From the NCBI GenBank assembly GCA_017442305.1, contig JAFRZY010000014.1:1-59115 (forward strand): a DNA stretch of 59,115 nucleotides, written 5' to 3'. Of this stretch, positions 10,483 through 19,872 are shown in pieces. Position 1 is the first letter of the stretch; each line of letters begins with the position of its first letter. The notes under the pieces are model-generated. The model was not told the DNA's origin, made no database searches, and saw nothing but the letters and a program-made list of their open reading frames with translations. Source of the stretch: Bacilli bacterium (GTDB lineage Bacteria > Bacillota_I > Bacilli_A > RF39 > UBA660). The position numbers and the translations under genes were made by a program.

Positions 10483-10929
10483 ATGAAATTGAAAGATATA
10501 CCACAAGAAGAACTAGAATTAATGGGTTATGATGATATTGCAGTATTAATTTTAGAGGAATCTGGCAAAAAGATGAAAATATTCGATTTATTTAAAAAAG
10601 TTTGTAATGCACTTAATTTAAGTGAAGCAGAATTTGAAAATAAAATTGCAGATTTTTTTGAAATTTTGTCTACAGACAAAAAATTTACAATGTTAGAAAA
10701 CGGATATTGGGATTTAAGAGCCAAACATAATGTGGCAATTGTTATTGATGAAGATGAAGAAGAGACGTTATCAGAAAATATAGAAGATGCTGATGATGAG
10801 GAAATAGAGGTAGAAGAATCAGAAGAAGACATTTTCTATGAAGCTGATGATACGGATGATGAACCAGATGATGATTTACAAGATTTAGTTGTAATAGATG
10901 TCGATGAAGAGGAACCAAACAGTTTATAG
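10483..10929 (+). CDS. rpoE: DNA-directed RNA polymerase delta subunit
   Basis: N-terminal HARE-HTH-like domain (ELELMGYDDIAVLILEE...YWDLR) followed by the typical poly-acidic tail. Confidence 0.85.
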   Translation: MKLKDIPQEELELMGYDDIAVLILEESGKKMKIFDLFKKVCNALNLSEAEFENKIADFFEILSTDKKFTMLENGYWDLRAKHNVAIVIDEDEEETLSENIEDADDEEIEVEESEEDIFYEADDTDDEPDDDLQDLVVIDVDEEEPNSL

Positions 10930-10998
10930 CTGTTTGGTTTCTTATCTTTAATTTTATATTAATTAATGCTATAATATTGAAGAAAGCGAGGAACAATA

Positions 10999-12063
10999 AT
11001 GTTTAATAGACTTGATAACATAGTTGAAAAATACTACGAATTAAAAGAAAAACTAACAACTCCCGAAGTATTAAATAATTATAATTTATTAAAGGATTTA
11101 TCTAAAGAACATAGTGATTTAGAGGAAACTGTTATTAAATATGAAGAATATAAAAAAGTATTAAATGATATTGACGACGCCAAAATCATGCTTGAAGATC
11201 CAGAACTAAAGGAAATGGCTGAGTTGGAATTGGAAAATTTAGAAAACAGAAAAGAAGAACTATATAAATTATTAGAAATTTTACTAGTCCCTAAGGATGA
11301 AAATGACGGAAAAAACGTAATTATGGAAATTCGTGGAGCAGCAGGTGGAGATGAAGCAAATATTTTTGCTGGTGATTTATTTAGAATGTATTCATATTAT
11401 GCTGAAAAACAAGGTTGGAAAATTGAGGTTATTAACGAAGTTGAAGGAACTAGTGGTGGTTTTTCTCAAATTGAATTTATTATCAAAGGTAATAATGTTT
11501 ATTCAAAAATGAAATATGAAAGTGGATCTCATCGTGTTCAAAGAGTTCCTGCCACTGAAACTCAAGGCAGAGTGCATACATCAACAGCTACCGTGTTAGT
11601 TATGCCTGAGGTAGAAACAGTAAATATAGATATAAAAGAAAGTGATATTAAAATGGATGTATATCACTCTAGTGGTGCTGGTGGTCAATCAGTTAATACA
11701 TCGAATTCTGCAGTTCGATTAACCCATGTTCCTACTGGTGTTGTTGTAACTTGTCAAACAGAACGTAGCCAATTAAAAAACAGAGATAGAGCAATGCAAT
11801 TATTAAAAGTTAAAATTAATGATGAAATTACACGAAAACAAGAATCAGAAGTTGGAGCAACAAGAAAGTCAAAAATTGGTACTGGAGATAGATCCGAAAA
11901 GATTAGAACATATAATTATCCACAAAATAGAGTTACAGATCACCGCATAAATTTTTCACTTATGGAATTAGATCGTGTAATGGATGGTAATGTGGATCCA
12001 ATAGTTGAAGCTTTAATAAACGAAGACATGCGTTTAAAATTAGCGGGAGAAACATTTGAATAA
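10999..12063 (+). CDS. prfA: Peptide chain release factor 1
   Basis: PAT tripeptide (VPATETQGR) and GGQ motif (SGAGGQSVN). Confidence 0.95.
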   Translation: MFNRLDNIVEKYYELKEKLTTPEVLNNYNLLKDLSKEHSDLEETVIKYEEYKKVLNDIDDAKIMLEDPELKEMAELELENLENRKEELYKLLEILLVPKDENDGKNVIMEIRGAAGGDEANIFAGDLFRMYSYYAEKQGWKIEVINEVEGTSGGFSQIEFIIKGNNVYSKMKYESGSHRVQRVPATETQGRVHTSTATVLVMPEVETVNIDIKESDIKMDVYHSSGAGGQSVNTSNSAVRLTHVPTGVVVTCQTERSQLKNRDRAMQLLKVKINDEITRKQESEVGATRKSKIGTGDRSEKIRTYNYPQNRVTDHRINFSLMELDRVMDGNVDPIVEALINEDMRLKLAGETFE

Positions 12064-12793
12064 ACCAGATTATATATCTAGACCAGACTGGGATTTGTTG
12101 TTAAAAAAATTTGATGGTAATTACAATTATTTGGAAGAAAAACTTAATCAAAAATATCCCGTACAATATTTGATTGGTAACGTAGAGTTCTACGGCATCA
12201 CTTTATTTGTTAATGAAAACGTGTTGATTCCGCGTTATGAAACAGAACTTTTAGTAGAAAAAACTATCAATTTAATAAATAAATATGATTTAAAAAAACC
12301 AGATATTCTTGACATCGGAACTGGTAGTGGTTGTATAGCCATAAGCTTAAAAACAAATATAGATTGTAATATAACGGCTGTTGATATATGTGAAAAAGCG
12401 CTAAAGGTGGCAAAAGAAAACGCTATAAGGAATAATGCTAATATCAAATTTATAAAAAAAGATATTTTAAATGAAAATATAGTAGCTAAATATGATGTTA
12501 TTGTTAGCAATCCACCATATGTGATGTATGATGAAAAGGTGGACCCTCAAACAAAATATGAACCGCAAAAAGCTTTATTTGCAAATAATAATGGCTTAGA
12601 ATTTTATGAACATATTATAAAAAAATCAATTGGTCATTTAAATAAAACAGGAATTATTGCTTTTGAAATAGGAATGACTCAAGCTAAGGAAATAATTGAT
12701 ATTGCAAATAACTATTATCCTGACGCTACTATTAAAGTAGAAAAAGATTTTACTAATAAAGACAGGTATTTATTTATAATAAACGAAGAATAA
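12056..12793 (+). CDS. prmC: Release factor glutamine N5-methyltransferase PrmC (HemK)
   Basis: SAM motif DIGTGSGCIA, catalytic NPPY (SNPPYV), and coupling to prfA. Confidence 0.9.
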   Translation: MNKPDYISRPDWDLLLKKFDGNYNYLEEKLNQKYPVQYLIGNVEFYGITLFVNENVLIPRYETELLVEKTINLINKYDLKKPDILDIGTGSGCIAISLKTNIDCNITAVDICEKALKVAKENAIRNNANIKFIKKDILNENIVAKYDVIVSNPPYVMYDEKVDPQTKYEPQKALFANNNGLEFYEHIIKKSIGHLNKTGIIAFEIGMTQAKEIIDIANNYYPDATIKVEKDFTNKDRYLFIINEE

Positions 12794-12861
12794 ATTTCTT
12801 TGTTTTTTTATGAATAAAAATATTGGTAATTAAACAATATCTTTTTAGAAAGGGTATGTTT

Positions 12862-13371
12862 ATGAAAAAAATGATTATATTCTTATTTGTATTTACGTTA
12901 ATAAGTATATTAATAAATAATAAAAATCAAATAGTAATACCAAATACAGCTATTAGATTTAGAATAATTGCTAATAGTAATAGTACTGAAGATCAAGAGC
13001 TTAAATATGAAATTAAAAATAAAATAGAGCCTGGTATAATTAAAAATTTGGAACAATCTAAGACAATATCAGAAGCACGAAGTAATATAAATAATTATAT
13101 TCCAGAAATAGAAAAACAAATAAATAATTATACAACTGATTATAATATAAACTATGGAAACAATTATTTTCCTGAAAAGGAGTTTAAAGGAGTAATATAT
13201 CCGGAAGGAGAATATGAATCATTAGTAATAACTTTAGGTAACGGCTTAGGAGATAATTGGTGGTGTGTTTTATTTCCTCCACTATGTTTATTAGAAGCCG
13301 AAGAGTCGAATGTAGAACAAACAGAATATAAATTTTATGTTCAAGAAATTATAAATAAATTTAAGAATTAA
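12862..13371 (+). CDS. spoIIR: Stage II sporulation protein R
   Basis: IRFRIIANSNSTEDQELKY and GDNWWCVLFPPLC signatures. Start moved to the ATG 7 nt after AGAAAGGG; the ORF track starts at 12823. Confidence 0.8.
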   Translation: MKKMIIFLFVFTLISILINNKNQIVIPNTAIRFRIIANSNSTEDQELKYEIKNKIEPGIIKNLEQSKTISEARSNINNYIPEIEKQINNYTTDYNINYGNNYFPEKEFKGVIYPEGEYESLVITLGNGLGDNWWCVLFPPLCLLEAEESNVEQTEYKFYVQEIINKFKN

Positions 13372-13409
13372 ATAAAGCTTCTTAAATATAATTATTTAGG
13401 AGGCTTTTT

Positions 13410-13946
13410 ATGTTAGAGATCATAACTTTATTTTCAGTTGGATTAGCATTAAGTATGGATACCTTTTCTCTCTCATTAGGATTGGGGACTTTTAATATTT
13501 CTAATAGAAAAGCTTTATTATTAGCGCTAATAGTTGGCATAATGCATTTTTTAATGCCATATTTAGGAATGTTACTAGGAAACACTTTAATTTCAATTTT
13601 TAAAATAAATAATAACTTTTTATTGGGATTAATACTAATTGCTATTTCTTTGGAAATGTTATTTGATTTATTAAAAAAAGAAAATCGCGCTTTTAATCTT
13701 TCGTTAATTGGTATGTTTTTCTTTGCGCTTGGTGTAAGTCTAGATAGCTTCTCAACAGGTATTGGGTTAAATGCGATTACCCATAATATTTATATGGCAA
13801 TGGGAATATTTTCTATATGTAGTTTTTGCTTCACATATATCGGATTGATTTTGGGAAAATATTGTAATCATATACTTGGAGTGTATTCAAGTGTCTTAGG
13901 TTCTTTGCTGTTGTTAACTATAGGAATCTTGCATTTATTCAAATAG
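13410..13946 (+). CDS. mntP: Manganese efflux pump MntP
   Basis: Duplicated DUF204 motifs (MDTFSLSLGLG and SLDSFSTGIGL) and six hydrophobic helices. Confidence 0.8.
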   Translation: MLEIITLFSVGLALSMDTFSLSLGLGTFNISNRKALLLALIVGIMHFLMPYLGMLLGNTLISIFKINNNFLLGLILIAISLEMLFDLLKKENRAFNLSLIGMFFFALGVSLDSFSTGIGLNAITHNIYMAMGIFSICSFCFTYIGLILGKYCNHILGVYSSVLGSLLLLTIGILHLFK

Positions 13947-14018
13947 AATTATGTAAAGCGCTTATCTACTTAATTGACAAAGATATTTATAAATTATATA
14001 TTTAAATTGGTGATATGT

Positions 14019-14858
14019 ATGAATTTTCGAAATATTTTATTAAAAGCTAAAGAAGGAAAATACGCTATACCGCAGTTTAATATAAATAATTTGGAATGGG
14101 CTAAATATATATTAGAAGAGTGCGAAAAAGAAAAAAGTCCAGTTTTTTTAGGAGTAAGCACAGGCGCTGCTAAATACATGGGCGGTTATAATACAGTTGT
14201 TAGTTTAGTTAAAGGGCTAATTAAAGATTTAAATATTAGTATACCTGTAATGATACATTTAGATCATGCGAGTACAAAAGAAGATTGTATAAAAGCTATA
14301 GATGCTGGTTTTGATTCAATTATGATTGATGCATCATCTTTAAGTTTAAATGATAACATTTCCTTAACTAACGAAGTAAAAAATTATAGTAAGAACCAAC
14401 TAATAGAGGCAGAATTAGGAAAAATTGGTGGAACAGAGGATGGATTAACATCAGATATTTATTATACCAATACAAACGAAGCGGTAACATTTGTTTCGGA
14501 AACTAATATAGATATGTTAGCTCCGGCTTTAGGTAGTGTTCACGGTATTTACAAAGGTGAACCTAACATAAATTTTGATGTTATGCGTGAAATATCTACA
14601 AAAACAAATTTGCCATTGGTGTTACATGGCGGATCTGGTTTAAGTACCGAAATTTTAAAGAATGCAATCGCGTGTGGAATAGTTAAAATAAATTTTAATA
14701 CAGAATTACAAATCGCATGGCACAAAAGTGTAATAGATTTCATAAATAATAATAAAGAGGCATATGACCCAAGAAAGGTTATAAGTGCTGGTGAAAAATC
14801 CTTGAAAAAAGTTGTTTCAGAATACATTTCCATTTTAGGAAGTAAAAATAAAGGGTAG
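14019..14858 (+). CDS. fba: Class II fructose/tagatose-1,6-bisphosphate aldolase
   Basis: YAIPQFNINNLEW N-terminus, HLDHAS and LVLHGGSG motifs. Start set at the in-frame ATG MNFRNILL. Confidence 0.85.
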   Translation: MNFRNILLKAKEGKYAIPQFNINNLEWAKYILEECEKEKSPVFLGVSTGAAKYMGGYNTVVSLVKGLIKDLNISIPVMIHLDHASTKEDCIKAIDAGFDSIMIDASSLSLNDNISLTNEVKNYSKNQLIEAELGKIGGTEDGLTSDIYYTNTNEAVTFVSETNIDMLAPALGSVHGIYKGEPNINFDVMREISTKTNLPLVLHGGSGLSTEILKNAIACGIVKINFNTELQIAWHKSVIDFINNNKEAYDPRKVISAGEKSLKKVVSEYISILGSKNKG

Positions 14859-14864
14859 TGAGAT

Positions 14865-16118
14865 ATGAAAAAAATAATAATACAAGGCGGAGAAGAACTT
14901 TCGGGAACTATCAAAATTAGCGGAGCAAAAAATAGTGCAGTAGCACTTATACCGGCCGCTATTCTTTCGGATGACGAGGTAACTATTTATAATGTTCCAA
15001 ATATTTCCGACCGAGATGCTTTAATAGAAATTATAGAATTACTTGAAGGAAAAGTAACATTGGATCAGGATGCTTTAAAGTTAGATATGAAAAATATAAA
15101 AAATAAAGTTATTCCAGAAGAGTTAAGTAAAAAGTTGCGGGCATCTTATTATTTTATGGGCGCTTTATTAGGAAAATATAATAAAGTAGAGATGTATTTT
15201 CCTGGTGGATGTAATATTGGTGCTAGACCTATAAATCTGCACTTAAAAGGTTTTGAAATGTTAGGTGCAAAAGTTACCTATGATTGTGATAAATATATTA
15301 TTGAAGCAGATGAACTAAAGGGTGCAAGAATATATTTAGATTTTGCATCAGTTGGAGCTACAATTAATTTGATGTTAGCGGCAGTTAAAGCAAAAGGAAC
15401 AACAGTTATAAGTAATGCTGCTAGAGAAGCAGAAATAGTAAATATTGCTACTTTTTTAAATAATATGGGTGCCAAAATTACTGGCGCTGGAACTAGTGAA
15501 ATAAAGATTGTCGGAGTTGAAAAACTTGGCAAAGCAATTATAGAGGTTATTCCTGACCGTATTGAAGCTGGTACTTATATTATAATGGGCGCTTTGTTAG
15601 GAAAAGATTTAAAAATAGACGGTGTTATAAAAGAACATGTGGAAGCGCTACTTAGCAAATTAAGTGATATTGGAGTAAAATACGAAATAAAAAATAATGT
15701 AATAACTATTAACAAATGTGAATCAATGAATCCGATTAATATTAAAACTTTAGTGTTTCCAGGGTTTCCTACTGACTTAGGTCAACCCATGTCTGTTTTA
15801 TTAACGCAAACAAATGGAACAAGTCTTTTTGAAGAAACCATTTGGGAGAATAGAATGGGTCATATAAAATACTTAAATAAGATGGGTGCTAAAATAATAG
15901 TTAATGGTAGTCATGCTGTTATAATAGGACCTACAAAACTTCAAGGTAAGGATGTTGTAGCAACTGATCTTCGTGCAGGCGCAGCAATGGTTATAGCTGG
16001 CTTAATTGCTGAAGGAGAAACACGTATTAGCGAAATCAAACATATTTTAAGAGGATATGAAGATATTATTGAGAAATTACAAAATGTTGGTGCTAAGATT
16101 GAAATAAAAGAAATATAA
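14865..16118 (+). CDS. murA: UDP-N-acetylglucosamine 1-carboxyvinyltransferase
   Basis: ISGAKNSAVALIPAA N-terminus and an active-site loop with Cys (GGCNIGARPI). 417 aa. Confidence 0.95.
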   Translation: MKKIIIQGGEELSGTIKISGAKNSAVALIPAAILSDDEVTIYNVPNISDRDALIEIIELLEGKVTLDQDALKLDMKNIKNKVIPEELSKKLRASYYFMGALLGKYNKVEMYFPGGCNIGARPINLHLKGFEMLGAKVTYDCDKYIIEADELKGARIYLDFASVGATINLMLAAVKAKGTTVISNAAREAEIVNIATFLNNMGAKITGAGTSEIKIVGVEKLGKAIIEVIPDRIEAGTYIIMGALLGKDLKIDGVIKEHVEALLSKLSDIGVKYEIKNNVITINKCESMNPINIKTLVFPGFPTDLGQPMSVLLTQTNGTSLFEETIWENRMGHIKYLNKMGAKIIVNGSHAVIIGPTKLQGKDVVATDLRAGAAMVIAGLIAEGETRISEIKHILRGYEDIIEKLQNVGAKIEIKEI

Positions 16119-16120
16119 TA

Positions 16121-16144
16121 GTAGAGTAAAAACTCTACTTTTTA
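16121..16144 (+). terminator. Intrinsic terminator after murA
   Basis: GTAGAGT / ACTCTAC stem with a 4-nt loop, followed by a T-run. Confidence 0.8.
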
Positions 16145-16158
16145 TTTTGGAGGATAAT

Positions 16159-16836
16159 ATGAAAAAAAAGTTACTAATAATTGTGATAATAGGAGTAATA
16201 GCAACTATTGGAATCTATTATTTAACTATTAACAATAAAGTAAAGTTACTAACATTAGGCGATGGGCTTGCAAGTGGGATGACTGCTTATAATGTTAACG
16301 GTTACAGCTATTCTGATTACTTAAAAGATTACTATAAAAGCAAAAATAATTTAGAAAATTATAATAATGTATTTGCAGAGGCAAATTTAACCTCTAATGA
16401 GCTTTTAGAAAATATAAAAAAAAATAAAAACGCTAATTTAAATGGTAAAACAATAACAATACAACAAGCAATAAAAGATGCAAATGTTATTATAATAGCA
16501 ATAGGTATAGATGAATTAGCAAATAAATCATTAAATAATAAAATTACTACCAAAGACTTATCTGGTTATTATAGTAGTTTAACGGAATTACTAAGTTATA
16601 TTAGAAAAATTAATAGTCAAAAAGTGATACTATTAGGTATTTATGATGCATATAATATAAAAGACATCAATGCAATAAATGGTAATTTAGCTAAAATAGC
16701 AAGTAAGCAAAATGCAGATTTTTTAGATATTTCTAAAGTTATCAACAGTGATGAATATTTCTTTAACGATACAAGTTATTACTTAAATTATAAGGGACAT
16801 AAAAAAGTCAATGAAGAATTAATAAAAATAATATAG
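16159..16836 (+). CDS. Membrane-anchored SGNH/GDSL-family hydrolase
   Basis: N-terminal TM helix, then a block I-like LTLGDGLASG. Start at MKKKLL after GGAGGA. Confidence 0.6.
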   Translation: MKKKLLIIVIIGVIATIGIYYLTINNKVKLLTLGDGLASGMTAYNVNGYSYSDYLKDYYKSKNNLENYNNVFAEANLTSNELLENIKKNKNANLNGKTITIQQAIKDANVIIIAIGIDELANKSLNNKITTKDLSGYYSSLTELLSYIRKINSQKVILLGIYDAYNIKDINAINGNLAKIASKQNADFLDISKVINSDEYFFNDTSYYLNYKGHKKVNEELIKII

Positions 16837-16847
16837 TTAACGCTAAT

Positions 16848-16876
16848 TTGACAATTTTAATGAAATATAGTATAAT
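16848..16876 (+). promoter_or_regulatory. Consensus sigma-A promoter driving the large ncRNA
   Basis: TTGACA (16848-53), a 17-nt spacer, and TATAAT (16871-76). Confidence 0.8.
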
Positions 16877-16882
16877 TAATTT

Positions 16883-17345
16883 CGTGTGGTGCATTATTCT
16901 AGTCACACAAGTTGATTGAAGGTAGGGCTAAAAATCTACCAATCGCGCGAAAGCACTTCGTATATTTGCTTTATCCGCCCAGGTTAGGGCATTTATATGA
17001 TTTAAGGTGACAGGACCGTTATAATGGCATATAACTTAAATCCTCTCTACCAAGCAAGAATTACCAAAAGCGCGTGTCGTGAGTGATTATATGGGATTTC
17101 TTTAATGATCTATAATTAATTGGATGAAAATATAGTTGCAAAAGCGAATAATATCAGCCACTGTGTGTTAGGGAAAACCTCTAGAATGTTTGTATTATAA
17201 GTATTAAGGTATGGACTAAGTGGCAATCGAGTAATTATGATAGGCAACACATAATTGGTCTTTTAAAGAGAAATCGCCGGTGGGTAACCTATGGTAAAGA
17301 CTAGAGAAATTCAACTCGACCTAAGCCATAAAATTGATTTATAAT
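16883..17345 (+). ncRNA. Large structured non-coding RNA, candidate OLE RNA (ends approximate)
   Basis: A 542-nt gap with no ORF in any frame. By eye it is more G+C-rich than the flanking DNA. It has its own consensus promoter, many local stems, and no terminator before the downstream 4-TM gene. It lacks RNase P, tmRNA, SRP and T-box signatures. Confidence 0.5.
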
Positions 17346-17378
17346 ATACCATATAATTAACTTTATTCGAGGAGTCTT

Positions 17379-17894
17379 ATGAAAAAGAGTAACTGGACGT
17401 ATAAAGTTTTTTTTATTACTTTTTTACTTGCGGCATTATTCACTATTATTACTAATTTATTTACAAATGTTGGAATAATTATTTTAACATTTGTTATAAC
17501 GATCGTTATATTAATTGGAATTTTGTTTGATATGATTGGTGTTGCAACATTAACTAGTAAAGAAGAAAACTTTCATGCGAGAGCTAGTAAAAAGCAAAAA
17601 GGGGCAAAAGAATCTATTTCTTTATTAAAAAATGCCAGTATTGTTGCAAGTTTTTGCAATGATGTGGTAGGAGATGTATGTGGAATTGTTAGTGGAGGGT
17701 TAGGAACCACTTTAGCAATTACTCTAGCAACTAAATATAACATAAACGTAATTCTAATTACCACGCTTGTTGCAGCCTTAATCTCAGCTTTAACTGTTGG
17801 AGGTAAAGCTATTGGTAAAAATATTGCAATAAAGAAAAGTGATAATCTTATATTTTACGTCGGGAAATTAAAAAGTTTGTTAAAAATTCAATAA
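17379..17894 (+). CDS. Four-TM membrane protein with a DxxxD motif, candidate OLE-associated protein OapA
   Basis: 171 aa with four hydrophobic helices. D95-x3-D99 (NDVVGDV) lies in helix 3. It sits directly 3' of the structured RNA in the same transcription unit. Confidence 0.45.
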   Translation: MKKSNWTYKVFFITFLLAALFTIITNLFTNVGIIILTFVITIVILIGILFDMIGVATLTSKEENFHARASKKQKGAKESISLLKNASIVASFCNDVVGDVCGIVSGGLGTTLAITLATKYNINVILITTLVAALISALTVGGKAIGKNIAIKKSDNLIFYVGKLKSLLKIQ

Positions 17895-17991
17895 TTATAT
17901 AAAATTTTGTTGATAACTTAAATTTTTATGGTATAATACAAAGGCAAGGAAAACTATGCCTTGAATTAGGTATGGCGAAAGGAGAATTGAT

Positions 17992-18210
17992 ATGAAAGCA
18001 AATATTCATCCAGATGTTAAAGAATCTACAGTTACATGTGCTTGTGGAGCAACATTCAAAACTAAATCTGTTAAAGAAAATATTAATGTTGAAGTTTGTA
18101 GTGAATGTCATCCATTCTACACAGGAGCTCAAGGAAGAACCAAAAAAACTGGTAATATTGAAAAATTTAACCGTAAATATGGATTAGATAAAAACGAAAA
18201 AGCTGCTTAA
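17992..18210 (+). CDS. rpmE: 50S ribosomal protein L31 (zinc-binding type A)
   Basis: MKANIHP start plus CxC...CxxCHPFYTG. An extended -10 promoter TGgTATAAT lies upstream. Confidence 0.95.
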   Translation: MKANIHPDVKESTVTCACGATFKTKSVKENINVEVCSECHPFYTGAQGRTKKTGNIEKFNRKYGLDKNEKAA

Positions 18211-18261
18211 TGCAGTTTCTTTTTTTTTATATTTTTGATAAAATGTGAATAGGTGATAAAA

Positions 18262-18717
18262 ATGAAGATTGCAATTGCTAGTGACCATAGAGGAATAAAT
18301 TATAAAAAAGAAATTATAGATTATCTTTTAACTAATAATTATGAAGTGATTGACTGTAGCAAAGTAAATTATAAAACCGATGATTATCCAGATTTTGCTT
18401 TTAAGGTGTGTAACGAAGTTATAAACAAAAATGCGGATTTTGGAATTTTAGTTTGCCGAACTGGTATAGGCATGTCAATTGCAGCTAACAAAGTAAAAGG
18501 AATTCGTTGTGCTAAAGTGGATTCTGTTGAAGAAGCAATTTTGTGTCGTAATGATAATGGCGCTAATGTAATTACATTCAATTACACTAAGGATTTTGAA
18601 GAAATCAAAAAAATAATCGATGCATATATTAATGCGGAAGAATTAAATGATGAGCGTCATATACGGCGTATAAATAAAATCATGGATTACGAAAGAGGAG
18701 CATATAATGAATTATAA
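18262..18717 (+). CDS. rpiB: Ribose-5-phosphate isomerase B
   Basis: MKIAIASDHRG start and the CRTGIGMSIAANK active-site region. Confidence 0.9.
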   Translation: MKIAIASDHRGINYKKEIIDYLLTNNYEVIDCSKVNYKTDDYPDFAFKVCNEVINKNADFGILVCRTGIGMSIAANKVKGIRCAKVDSVEEAILCRNDNGANVITFNYTKDFEEIKKIIDAYINAEELNDERHIRRINKIMDYERGAYNEL

Positions 18718-18904
18718 GTTATATGTATATGTAATTTGTATCCTATTAAGTATCTTTGCTCTAACAGGAGTAAATTTTGAAAAAATAACTCGTAAAAACA
18801 AAACGACAGAAATAAGGATTTTAATCTTGCTTTTAGGATTTATTATTGGTTATTTAATTTCGAATTTTATTTTTGATTTTATAGAATGTACAAAAATAAT
18901 TTAA
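18707..18904 (+). CDS. Small two-TM membrane protein (DUF1146/YwzB-like)
   Basis: 65 aa with two hydrophobic helices. It lies in the murA/spoIID neighbourhood, as ywzB does in Bacillus. Confidence 0.45.
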   Translation: MNYKLYVYVICILLSIFALTGVNFEKITRKNKTTEIRILILLLGFIIGYLISNFIFDFIECTKII

Positions 18905-18914
18905 AGGGGAAACT

Positions 18915-19820
18915 ATGCAAAATAAAATTTTAATTTTAGCAGTAGTAATTTTAATTCCAATTGTAGTAATTAGTTTCAATAAAAAAGAAACTAATTTTAA
19001 TTTGGCACAAAATAATAGTGTTACTGTGAAATTAAAAGATGTTGATAAAAGCGAAGTTACTAACATTGATTTAGAAGAATATATAATTGGGGTAGTAGCA
19101 GCGGAAATGCCTGCCTCATTTAATGTAGAAGCTTTAAAAGCGCAAGCTGTTGCTGCGCGAACTTATGCATATCATAAAATTAGTAACACAAATAAGGATT
19201 ACGATTTAGTAAGTGATATAACGGATCAAAGTTATATTAATAAAGAAGCAATGCGAGAAAAATGGGGAAATGATTATAAATATTATTATAATAAGATTAA
19301 AGAGGCAGTTAATAGTACCAAAGGCCAAATAATGACATACAAGGGTGATGTAATAAAAGCGTATTATTTTGCTATGAGTAATGGTTATACAGAAGATTCA
19401 GCTTTAGTATTTGAGGAACAACCTTATTTAGAAAGTGTTGAATCAAAATGGGATAACGACTCTCTAAACAACTTTCAAGTGGATATTACTTTTGCTAAAA
19501 TGGAATTTTGTGATAAATTGTCTATAGAATGTAACAAAATTGAAATTACTGATATAAATAGATCAAGCTCTAATAGAGTTAATAAAGTTACTATTAATGA
19601 TAAAGTATTTTTAGGCACTGATATAAGAAATCTATTAAGTTTAAGAAGTACAGATTTTGATATAACTATAACTAATGATAATGTTTTTATTACAACCTAT
19701 GGATATGGTCATGGGGTAGGAATGAGTCAATATGGCGCAAATGGTATGGCGAGCGAAGGATATAGTTACAAAGACATATTGAATTATTACTATAAAAATA
19801 TAGATATTACCAAAATATAA
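18915..19820 (+). CDS. spoIID: Stage II sporulation protein D (lytic transglycosylase)
   Basis: EEYIIGVVAAEMPASF..EALKAQAVAARTYA and GHGVGMSQYGA motifs. Confidence 0.9.
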   Translation: MQNKILILAVVILIPIVVISFNKKETNFNLAQNNSVTVKLKDVDKSEVTNIDLEEYIIGVVAAEMPASFNVEALKAQAVAARTYAYHKISNTNKDYDLVSDITDQSYINKEAMREKWGNDYKYYYNKIKEAVNSTKGQIMTYKGDVIKAYYFAMSNGYTEDSALVFEEQPYLESVESKWDNDSLNNFQVDITFAKMEFCDKLSIECNKIEITDINRSSSNRVNKVTINDKVFLGTDIRNLLSLRSTDFDITITNDNVFITTYGYGHGVGMSQYGANGMASEGYSYKDILNYYYKNIDITKI

Positions 19821-19872
19821 ATGCATAAAAAATGAATTTGTGTTCAAACTTATTAGTAGGAAAGGTGAGAAC

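Noticed and set aside
10527-10996. Two minus-strand ORFs (101 and 84 aa) opposite rpoE.
   Set aside because: They mirror the poly-acidic tail codons (poly-Ser and poly-His/Leu artefacts) and overlap a confident gene.
13382-13585. 67-aa minus-strand ORF overlapping the mntP start.
   Set aside because: It is antisense to a confident membrane protein gene and has no RBS.
16883-17345. The large ncRNA considered as RNase P RNA, tmRNA, SRP/6S RNA, a T-box or a cobalamin riboswitch (it contains GCCACTG).
   Set aside because: It has no GGAAAGTCC or ACAGAA RNase P cores, no tRNA-like ends or tag ORF, the wrong size for SRP or 6S, no T-box specifier or T-box sequence, and no B12 box. The downstream gene is not a transporter or a biosynthetic gene.
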